In this document: positions 7,364-15,347 of the stretch, piece by piece
How the letters are laid out: each line of letters starts with the position of its first letter
Position numbering within the stretch: the first letter of the stretch is position 1
NCBI GenBank assembly: GCA_024280775.1
Contig: JAJRPM010000014.1
Coordinates: forward strand, 78,477 to 142,476
Length of the DNA: 64,000 bases
Source: Candidatus Zixiibacteriota bacterium
GTDB lineage: Bacteria; Zixibacteria; MSB-5A5; GN15; JACZUZ01
Direction: 5' to 3'
The notes under the pieces: model-generated
What the model saw: the letters and a program-made list of their open reading frames with translations, nothing else
Databases searched by the model: none
Told to the model about the DNA's origin: nothing
Program-made: the position numbers and the translations under genes

Positions 7364-10300
7364 CTAGCCGTCCTCTTTGCTGAAACGCATATCCGAATAC
7401 TGTGTCGGTAGCGGTTTCGGCTTATAGGTCGGAAGATGTTCGCCAAATTGGATATACAACTCATGGTCGAGATAGAAATGCTGACGACCAGTCAAAGTGC
7501 GCCAGGGAACATCCATCTCCACGTTGTAAGTAAACGGTGAATAGGCGCGTCCGTTTTCTATCAAACCACTCCACATCGGGCTGTTGATAAATCGTTGCGG
7601 ACGAGTTTGCAAACCTTTGTAGGTGGCGCGAACCGAGCGTGATTTCTCAACCAACTGAGCTAGCGGCAGTCCTACTTTTTCTTCGATGTCCTTGTAGGAG
7701 CGGTGGGCAAGTTCTCCATTGGTCACTGAGGCGAATTTGAGAATTGTGTTACAAACATCCTCATCCTCTTTCAGTGAGGGATACTTACCTCCACCCCATT
7801 CTTCGGTATGCTCATTGGCGACCGCTTCATCATAGAAATCTTCAATTCCATAATGTGTTCCATGGGCCCCGAGACCGTTTTTGCGGGCTAACGGGCCGAA
7901 GGAAATGTACTGGTTGTAGAGATTCTTATAGTCACGTTTGACTATTTTCAAATGCGGCATTGTCTGACCGGGAATCGGCTCGACTTCACCGGCGCGCCAG
8001 TCTTTCATTGTCGGCTGAGTGATTTCCGCCGGCGTGTCATGCGCCAATGGCGCGGCGACCATATCGGCTACCGGCTCGGGGAAATGTTTCTCCGCGAACT
8101 TTGAGAATCTCTTTGAAATCGCCTGGAAAATTTTCCAGTCACTTTTGGATTCCCAACAGGGCGGGACAGCCGCTGACAGCGGATGAATGAAACTATGTAA
8201 GTCGGTTGAGTTTAGATCCGCTTTCTCATACCAAGTCGCCGCCGGAAGAACTATATCCGAATACAGCGCCGAGGTGTCCATGCGGAAGTTCAAATCAATC
8301 ACCAAATCCATCTTACCCTGCGGCGCTTTCTTGTGCCACTCGATGGTCTTGACTGAATCTTCGGCCATGTCAGTTGCGATTGCATTTGTGTGCGTTCCAA
8401 GGTAGTGCTTGAGAAAATACTCATGCCCTTTGGAGCTGGCCATCAATGCATTGCCACGCCAGATAAACCAAACCCGCGGCCAGTTTTCTGGCGCATCGGG
8501 ATCATCAACTGAGAATTTCAAATCACCAGACTTGAGACGTTTGACTACATCGGTGACAACCTGTTCGTCGCCAGTAGCGCCTGAGGCTTTTGCATCGTTG
8601 ATGACTTCCAGTGAGCTCTTGTTGAATTGCGGATAGAATGGCAACCAACCCGAGCGCACAGCGCGCGACTGGACATCCATTGTATGTCCCGAGGCGAGAG
8701 TTCCTTCCATTTGATGTTTCGGAACTGTGTGATAATCAGTGAATTCTTTTTCATAGCGCCATTGGTCTGTGTGCACATAGTGCCAGCTTGGCGCATTTTG
8801 CAATCGTGACGGTCCATACCAATCTTTGGCCATCGCGATTGCGCCCCATGATTCACCCGGAGCAAGTTTTTCCTGACCAACATAGTGCGCCAGCCCACCA
8901 CCATTGACACCCACACAACCACAGAGCATCAACGCGTTGATTCCCGCGCGATACATCAGGTTGCCATGATACCAGTGATTGATTCCAGCGCCGATGATTA
9001 TTGTGCATTTGCCATTGGTGTGTTCAGCGGTTGTCGCCCATTCGCGAGCAAAACGAATCACCATATCGCGGCTCATACCGGTATACTTCTCCGACCATGC
9101 CGGCGTGTATGGAGCGTCATCGTCATAGCTTAGGTTTTCATCACCAGCTAGGCCGCGCGGCACGCCATATTGGGCCATCAGCAGGTCATATACAGTTGTC
9201 ACTATGACAGTCTTACCGTCGGCGGTTTGGAGTTTGCGAACCGGAACCGGTCGCGCAATGTCCACTCCCTGACCAAAGTCATCGAAACGCGCGTTGACTA
9301 CTTCGTCATGCGAGTTCAACAATGTCAAAGCCGGATCGATTTCGCTACCGGTGACACCGTCTTTTAGCAGGAGATTCCATTTGCCTTTTTCTTTGCCCCA
9401 GCGATAGCCAACACTGCCCATCGGCATTTTGACTTTGCTTTCTTTGGCGTCCCACATCAAGTATTTCCACTCACCGTTTTCGATATCGGTGTAACCTTGC
9501 ATGCGGTTTGCGCGAAGCAGTTGGCCCGGAGTGTAAATACCGGCCTCATCAGTTTCACCCAGCTCTACTAGCATAGGCGAATCAGTAAACTTTTTGGTGT
9601 AATTGATAAAGTACGGTGTTTGTTTTTCGTGATGATACTCTTTGAGCAGGACGTGATTGACCGCCATCCACCATGCGCCATCTTGTCCGGCATTCAGCGA
9701 CACCCATTCGTCGGCGTACTTTGCAACCTGGTTAAAGTCCGGCGCAAAGACCCACATCTTGGTTCCGTTGTGACGTGACTCAGCGGCGAAGTGACAGTCA
9801 GGTGTGCGGGTCATATTGAGGTTTGAACCCATCACTGCCAGCAGTTTTGAATTGTACCAGTCAGCAGACTCGTGCACATCGGTTTGCTCGCCCCAGGCTT
9901 CCGGCGAGGCCGGAGGTAAATCGCAATACCAGTCATAGAATGATAGCCCCACTCCGCCCATCAGTTGGAGCATACGTGAACCGGAGGCATAACTTATCAT
10001 CGACATCGCGGGAATCGGCGAGAAACCAGCAATGCGGTCGGGCCCGTGTTCTTTGATAGTGTGGATATTTGAGGCGGCGATAATATCCAAGACAGTATCC
10101 CAACTGGCGCGACGGAATCCGCCTTTGCCGCGGGCTCTTTGCCAACGGGCGCGAGCTTCGGGGTCTGAGACCATCGCTTTCCAGGCATCCACCGGATCAT
10201 CATACTTGGCGCGCGCCTGTTTCCAAATATCGAGCAAGGCGCCGCGTAGGTAGGGATATTTTACACGAAGCGGCGAATAGAGATACCATGAATAGGAAAT

Positions 10301-10555
10301 CCCCCTCTGGCAACCGCGCGGCTCGTATGGCGGCAATCCGGCTTCTAATTCCGGATAGTCCAGTTGCTGCATTTCCCAGGTGACAATACCTTCTTTTACA
10401 TAAATCGCCCAGCTACATCCGCCGGTGCAGTTCACACCGTGAGTGCTTCGGATTACTTTGTCGTGCTGCCAGCGATTGCGGTAGAACTCTTCCCATTGAC
10501 GATTTTCGGGAGTGACTTCATCCTTAATCCACGGAGCGGTAGCTTCCTTTTTCAA
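7364..10555 (-). CDS. narG: Respiratory nitrate reductase alpha subunit NarG, N-terminal 1063 codons, ending at an internal in-frame TAG
   Basis: The N-terminal FS0 motif [18 protein letters not shown] is present, there is no twin-arginine signal, and Mo-bisPGD family motifs run throughout. Its length plus the C-terminal segment is about 1215 aa, a normal NarG size. Confidence 0.9.
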   Translation of the reverse strand: MKKEATAPWIKDEVTPENRQWEEFYRNRWQHDKVIRSTHGVNCTGGCSWAIYVKEGIVTWEMQQLDYPELEAGLPPYEPRGCQRGISYSWYLYSPLRVKYPYLRGALLDIWKQARAKYDDPVDAWKAMVSDPEARARWQRARGKGGFRRASWDTVLDIIAASNIHTIKEHGPDRIAGFSPIPAMSMISYASGSRMLQLMGGVGLSFYDWYCDLPPASPEAWGEQTDVHESADWYNSKLLAVMGSNLNMTRTPDCHFAAESRHNGTKMWVFAPDFNQVAKYADEWVSLNAGQDGAWWMAVNHVLLKEYHHEKQTPYFINYTKKFTDSPMLVELGETDEAGIYTPGQLLRANRMQGYTDIENGEWKYLMWDAKESKVKMPMGSVGYRWGKEKGKWNLLLKDGVTGSEIDPALTLLNSHDEVVNARFDDFGQGVDIARPVPVRKLQTADGKTVIVTTVYDLLMAQYGVPRGLAGDENLSYDDDAPYTPAWSEKYTGMSRDMVIRFAREWATTAEHTNGKCTIIIGAGINHWYHGNLMYRAGINALMLCGCVGVNGGGLAHYVGQEKLAPGESWGAIAMAKDWYGPSRLQNAPSWHYVHTDQWRYEKEFTDYHTVPKHQMEGTLASGHTMDVQSRAVRSGWLPFYPQFNKSSLEVINDAKASGATGDEQVVTDVVKRLKSGDLKFSVDDPDAPENWPRVWFIWRGNALMASSKGHEYFLKHYLGTHTNAIATDMAEDSVKTIEWHKKAPQGKMDLVIDLNFRMDTSALYSDIVLPAATWYEKADLNSTDLHSFIHPLSAAVPPCWESKSDWKIFQAISKRFSKFAEKHFPEPVADMVAAPLAHDTPAEITQPTMKDWRAGEVEPIPGQTMPHLKIVKRDYKNLYNQYISFGPLARKNGLGAHGTHYGIEDFYDEAVANEHTEEWGGGKYPSLKEDEDVCNTILKFASVTNGELAHRSYKDIEEKVGLPLAQLVEKSRSVRATYKGLQTRPQRFINSPMWSGLIENGRAYSPFTYNVEMDVPWRTLTGRQHFYLDHELYIQFGEHLPTYKPKPLPTQYSDMRFSKEDG

Positions 10556-11463
10556 GATTTACCCCCGAGCTTTCCAGTTTTGTTTTTTGTAGATTTTAGT
10601 TTTGCGCTGTTGACCATCGGTCGGCGGACTGCGCGGAAACGCCCGCTCCAGAAACCGCCGAAGGCCATCAAGACAACCAGCGTTCCGCCAAGGCCGTAGA
10701 AAATTACACCCATCCAGAGGACAATTCCTCCGCTTTCGGGAGCGCTTTTCGCTGTTTTATCAAAGAGGGCAACTAATGCGTGTATTTCATCTGTTTCCAG
10801 CGGGTGAGGCTTAAAAACTGATTGCATTGTTGCAGTTGGCGGAGCCGAGAGCCAAGCTGTTAGCGCTTCGCGGCCCATCAAACGCTCTGAGACTTGAGTA
10901 AGATTCGGTCCCAAGTTACCACCCATCGCAGCGCCAGAGCCGTTGGTCGAGTGACATGACAAACAAGGCGGCGCTCCGCTTTTCAGCCGTGTGGCTCCGG
11001 TGAATAATTCCACGCCGTGAGCGACATCTGAATCTGTAAACGGAATCAGCGGCGCTGTTGTGCCTGCAAATTCGGAGGTCTCGAGCTTAGATTCGGCTTC
11101 TATCAAATCCAAGAGCTCTTCGGCGCGTTTGCGGTCGATTGGGACTGTAATCATTATGATCCCGTTGGCTTCCTTTTGGAGCTTTAGCGCGTACTCATCT
11201 CCGGCGTCGATTTTGGCTTTGGGGTTCATGATGAACTCGGTTAGCCAAGCGCGATCTTTGCGCTCCAGGACATTCTTTAAGTCAGGACCGATTAGTCGAC
11301 CGCCGCCGAGCTTGTGGCAACTAGTGCAATTGACCTTGAAAAACTCCTTGACCGTTTGCCCGAATCCGTTTGCGGGCAGACTTGCTATTAGCAATGTCAG
11401 GAGCATCGCCGTGGCGAATGACTTATGCCGTGTGATTGAGTAAGGCGTTTTCATTGGTGGCAT
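10552..11463 (-). CDS. narC: Membrane-anchored dihaem cytochrome c, NarC-like
   Basis: The 303-aa ORF has a signal peptide (..[17 protein letters not shown]), two CxxCH motifs (CTSCH, CLSCH) and a C-terminal hydrophobic helix ([26 protein letters not shown]). Its stop overlaps the narG start by 4 nt. Confidence 0.75.
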   Translation of the reverse strand: MPPMKTPYSITRHKSFATAMLLTLLIASLPANGFGQTVKEFFKVNCTSCHKLGGGRLIGPDLKNVLERKDRAWLTEFIMNPKAKIDAGDEYALKLQKEANGIIMITVPIDRKRAEELLDLIEAESKLETSEFAGTTAPLIPFTDSDVAHGVELFTGATRLKSGAPPCLSCHSTNGSGAAMGGNLGPNLTQVSERLMGREALTAWLSAPPTATMQSVFKPHPLETDEIHALVALFDKTAKSAPESGGIVLWMGVIFYGLGGTLVVLMAFGGFWSGRFRAVRRPMVNSAKLKSTKNKTGKLGGKS

Positions 11464-11860
11464 TCTTCCTTTTCTATCACTCTAGAGTTATTTTTTTTGC
11501 GCTTTGATGATCGATATGAGGCTATTGACCGGACGAGCCACGCTGTATTTCTACAGTGATTCTATCCTCTGGCATTTGCCGGACTTCGGACTCTTTTATC
11601 GTTTTTTTTCTTGCTTGTTATTTCCTGTTTGGATTCCGCTGGAGTTCGTAATCCGACAATTAACAGAGTTGCCGACCCCTTTATCTTGTTTATACAATGA
11701 ATCGGCTGTTTAGTCAAGAGCTAAATCGAAAAAAAGATTATTTTGTCCTGAATTATTGAGTTTTGTCGGTGGGGATTAGGATTAGGGTGCAGCCCAAACC
11801 TATTCATCGTCATAACCTATTGTAATAGAGCCCATTACGACAAAAGGGCTTTAGTGAGGG

Positions 11861-12646
11861 TCAACCACCTAAGATACGGAATCTGAATGGAAAAGTCGCC
11901 CATGATTTGATAGGCTTGCCACATCGAATCGCAGGACTAAATGTAGACTTTCCTGCGGCTACTAGTGAGGCCTCTTCCAGGCCCGCCTTGGTACCGGAAT
12001 TCTTTTCTATCTTGGCATCGATGACATCGCCTGATTCATCAATATGGACACTTACGTATACAACACCTTCAATACCTGCCTGCTGTGCCAAGCGCGGATA
12101 TACCGGGGGAATGCGATCTATGAAATTCGGTAAGACATAACTCGCTTTTTCCAAGCGCTGATTCCATGTATTCATTAAAACCCTAGCGATAGAGGCTGGC
12201 TTTTCTCTTTCGTGATTCTCCAGATATGATCTGATAGCCGAGATTGAATTCTCACACAAATCACAAGTATTTATTCTTTGTCTTATCGACTGTGTATCAT
12301 TCAACATTTTCTCATTTGAATCCAAGACCGACTTAAGAGATTGAAAATCTCGTTCAGCTTCCGAAGCTCTTTTGGCCTCCTCTGAGCGCTCGCGCCAAAT
12401 TTTCAACGCGACAAGAGCTACTTCTTTCCCTGCTCCTTCTGTATTCTCATCTAGATAAGACTGGATTGCGTTAACGGAGTTTTCACTAAGAATCACTTTT
12501 GCTTCGATATCTTCGGCGCTGACATACAACCGATCATTAGCCGAGATGGCATCTTGCATCATTGCGTAGTCATCTCTGTTAGATGTACAGCCGATAGTCT
12601 CTCCTAACAATAGGAGGATAAACAAAAAGTGGTACAAGTTCTTCAA
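11861..12646 (-). CDS. Lipoprotein with a C-terminal TonB-C (energy transducer) domain
   Basis: A signal peptide with lipobox (LLLLGETIGC) is followed by a helical middle region. The C-terminus reads PPVYPRLAQQAGIEGVVYVSVHIDESGDVIDAKI...FSPA...GKPIKSWATFPFRF, which is typical of TonB_C. The start codon is TTG. Confidence 0.7.
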   Translation of the reverse strand: MKNLYHFLFILLLLGETIGCTSNRDDYAMMQDAISANDRLYVSAEDIEAKVILSENSVNAIQSYLDENTEGAGKEVALVALKIWRERSEEAKRASEAERDFQSLKSVLDSNEKMLNDTQSIRQRINTCDLCENSISAIRSYLENHEREKPASIARVLMNTWNQRLEKASYVLPNFIDRIPPVYPRLAQQAGIEGVVYVSVHIDESGDVIDAKIEKNSGTKAGLEEASLVAAGKSTFSPAIRCGKPIKSWATFPFRFRILGG

Positions 12647-12789
12647 AGATACTCCACTGACCGGGTGGTCATAACGGAACTCTCACACTGTAGCTTCTGC
12701 TTCGAATCTGCGCAACCGCTGGTTTGCCAAATTAGTAAGCCGAGGGCTAGGGCGAAAAACATGCGGTATGTGTTTGGGCGTTTGTTCAT
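12643..12789 (-). CDS. Possible 48-aa micro-lipoprotein
   Basis: Hand translation gives MNKRPNTYRMFFALALGLLIWQTSGC|ADSKQKLQCESSVMTTRSVEYL*. It has a signal-peptide-like N-terminus with a Cys lipobox. Its TGA overlaps the TTG start of the TonB-C gene (TTGA). It is below the 60-aa track cutoff. Confidence 0.3.
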   Translation of the reverse strand: MNKRPNTYRMFFALALGLLIWQTSGCADSKQKLQCESSVMTTRSVEYL

Positions 12790-12889
12790 GTTCTCTTAAG
12801 GTAATGGGAGCCTGGGGTTCGTCAAGCTAATTTAGCCTTTATCTGGCATCCCATACGCGCAACGAGTGAACCATCAAGAAGGTGGCAAT

Positions 12890-15166
12890 CTACTTGAAAC
12901 CAACAGATTTCAAAAATGTCAGCCAACGAGAGTCGCGGTATAGATTCTTGAATGATGGATACCTCTTCACTAGCGGGATTCCCGCATCATGGTTCAAAGC
13001 TGACTTTTCTAGCCATTCAAAGGCCTTGTCGACTTCGTTTCGATAGCTATAAACCATCGCAATTTGGATTCCCCAATCATCTCCCAATTCAACAAGATCG
13101 GCAAGAGCTCTATCTGACTCATCGGATTTCCCTTGGGCATGATAAATCGCTGCTAAACAACGATAGCGGTAACCATCTGCTTTCTCCAGCAACGCCGCTG
13201 AGACGGCTTCTTCTAGTCTACCTTCTAGAAGATAAATGGCGCCTATCGTAGCATTGATTGCCGTCATTCCAGGACTCAGTTCAAGAGCCTGATTCATCAC
13301 GCGCCTTGAATCTTCAAGTTTTCCGCTAAGAACCAGCGCAAGCCCATAGTACATGTGCGCCTCTGGATCGAGTGGATCAAGTTCAACGGACTTTCTTGCT
13401 AGCTCCAGACCCTCATCGAGGTCTCCAGTTAAGGCGAGGGTCCTCCCAAGAGCGCTCAGCGCTTTGCTGTCATTGGGAGCTAATTCAATTGCTTTTTGAA
13501 ACAAGGCTTTCCCAGATTCATAATCGTAGTCAAATGACGTGGTAATCCATCCGAGCGCCACATTCGCTGCAGGGATTTGATCATCGATTGCCAGAGCACG
13601 AAGAGCTGCATCTTTTGCCTTCAAGAATGTTGACTTGGTTTCGGAGTATCCATATCCAGCTTGCACACTGTAGGCGCTTGCCAGCCCAGCTAGGGCGTGG
13701 GCATTGTTTTCGTCAAGCTCCAACGCTTGTTTATAGAGCCCGATTGCGATGTCTGATGATTCTTTCGTGAATCTTCGTGAGAAAAAATTACCCCGCAGAA
13801 CTAGCGCGTGACTTTCAGGATTTGCTGTATGCTTTTCAGTGGATTTGCCCAATAACGTAACATCCAAAGCTTTCGAAACCTCAGCGGCGATTTCGTCCTG
13901 AACCGCGAAGATGTCTTCAAGTGTGCGGTCATAGGTTTCTGACCAGAGATGAAACCCATCGGTGACATTAACTAATTGCGCAGTGATTCTCACTCGTGCG
14001 CCAGACTTGCGCACACTTCCTTCAAGCAAAGTACGCACGCCTAGTTTCCTGCCAATCTCCCGCAAGTCTTCCTGAACACCTTTGAAGGCAAATGATGATG
14101 TCCGACCGGTTACTTTCAATTCAGGATTCTTGGCTAACACATTCAACAGCTCTTCGGTTAGTCCATCGGAGAAATACTCATTTTCGGGGTCGGCGCTCAT
14201 GTTTGCAAAGGGCAGAACCGCGATTGATGGTTGAACTTCGGCTTGCTCGATATTCGATTGACTGTTCGGTGATGCAAGTGAGTCTTTGATTGTGCGCAGG
14301 GAAGTTGCTAATTCTTTTGCGGTTTGATAACGCGAATCAGGATTCTTCGTGAAACATTTTGTAATGAGAGCTTGCAGGGATGATTGTATTGAGTCGGGGA
14401 TTTCTGTCTTGTGGTTATTTAGCGGCTCAGGTTCGGCATTGAGAATCATATTCAAAGTCGCGGCGGTGTTGTCTTTGCGGAATGGGGCAACACCGGTTAG
14501 TAATTCATAGAGCACAACTCCCAACGAAAACAAATCAGAGCGATTATCAACTGTGTGACCCTGCGCTTGTTCGGGTGACATGTAGGCGATAGTTCCAAGA
14601 GTTGAGCCGGCTTGTGTCAAATCCTCGCCGCCACGCACTGCCGCCAGGCCGAAGTCCAGAATCTTCGGGCGCATTTCTGCGTTGACTATGATGTTTGCGG
14701 GTTTGATATCGCGATGAGTTATTCCTTTGTCATGCGCCTGAGAAAGTCCATTGGCTACAGATTCAATCAGATTGATTACTTCGTTGACCGGTAAGCTTTC
14801 CTGACAATAATGTTGGAGAGTTTTGCCTTTGATGTACTGCATCGAGAAAAACGGCCTGCCGGAGAACTCACTGACTTCGTAGACTGTCACTATATTCGGA
14901 TGGTCCAGCGCCGCGGCGGCTTGCGCCTCGCGGATGAAGCGACGGCGGGTGTCCGGGTCTTGTGACATGTTAGTCGGTAGAAATTTTAGGGCTACTCGAC
15001 GATTTAGCTTGGTGTCATCGGCGAGATACACTTCACCCATACCACCGGCGCCGATTCGTTCGAGTATGCGGTAGTGTGACACCTCCAGGCCCTTGGTTAG
15101 CAGGACATGGGTAACGGTTTTATCGTCAGCTTTGTTGTCGACTTTGTTGTCGTTTGTGTTTGGCAT
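12890..15166 (-). CDS. Ser/Thr protein kinase with a TolB-N-like linker and a C-terminal TPR array
   Basis: Hanks kinase motifs are present (GAGGMGEVYLA, VALK, HRDIKPANI, DFG, SPEQ). They are followed by IAVLPFANMSADPENEYFSDGLTEEL and several TPR-like repeats. Confidence 0.9.
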   Translation of the reverse strand: MPNTNDNKVDNKADDKTVTHVLLTKGLEVSHYRILERIGAGGMGEVYLADDTKLNRRVALKFLPTNMSQDPDTRRRFIREAQAAAALDHPNIVTVYEVSEFSGRPFFSMQYIKGKTLQHYCQESLPVNEVINLIESVANGLSQAHDKGITHRDIKPANIIVNAEMRPKILDFGLAAVRGGEDLTQAGSTLGTIAYMSPEQAQGHTVDNRSDLFSLGVVLYELLTGVAPFRKDNTAATLNMILNAEPEPLNNHKTEIPDSIQSSLQALITKCFTKNPDSRYQTAKELATSLRTIKDSLASPNSQSNIEQAEVQPSIAVLPFANMSADPENEYFSDGLTEELLNVLAKNPELKVTGRTSSFAFKGVQEDLREIGRKLGVRTLLEGSVRKSGARVRITAQLVNVTDGFHLWSETYDRTLEDIFAVQDEIAAEVSKALDVTLLGKSTEKHTANPESHALVLRGNFFSRRFTKESSDIAIGLYKQALELDENNAHALAGLASAYSVQAGYGYSETKSTFLKAKDAALRALAIDDQIPAANVALGWITTSFDYDYESGKALFQKAIELAPNDSKALSALGRTLALTGDLDEGLELARKSVELDPLDPEAHMYYGLALVLSGKLEDSRRVMNQALELSPGMTAINATIGAIYLLEGRLEEAVSAALLEKADGYRYRCLAAIYHAQGKSDESDRALADLVELGDDWGIQIAMVYSYRNEVDKAFEWLEKSALNHDAGIPLVKRYPSFKNLYRDSRWLTFLKSVGFK

Positions 15167-15194
15167 TGTGTATGTGTTTTTTGGTCAGAAACAT

Positions 15195-15221
15195 GTCAAG
15201 TCCCTTAGAAGGGGACATGAC
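15195..15221. repeat. 27-nt palindromic repeat (family R6: GTCAAGTCCC-TTAGAAG-GGGAC[A/T]TGAC)
   Basis: The same hairpin sequence recurs at 29040-29066 and 29209-29235. Here it sits downstream of the four-kinase block. Confidence 0.75.
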
Positions 15222-15347
15222 CTGGTTGCTATAGTATACATTCTTCAAATGGGTTGGGCAATTTGCTCGGGCATGTCGGGTTTCTGCGTCACCTGAAGGT
15301 GACTCCGGAACCCGACCTACGATTCTTTTTGGAGCGGTCACATCTTT

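Noticed and set aside
11504-11517. A possible FNR/CRP-type box (TTGAT-N4-ATCAA) upstream of narC, which would be expected for anaerobic nitrate-reductase control.
   Set aside because: Only one half-site matches: TTGATGATCGATAT, and read on the coding strand ATATC-GATC-ATCAA. It is centred only ~45 nt from the start codon, so it is not convincing. I found no better match in 11464-11860.
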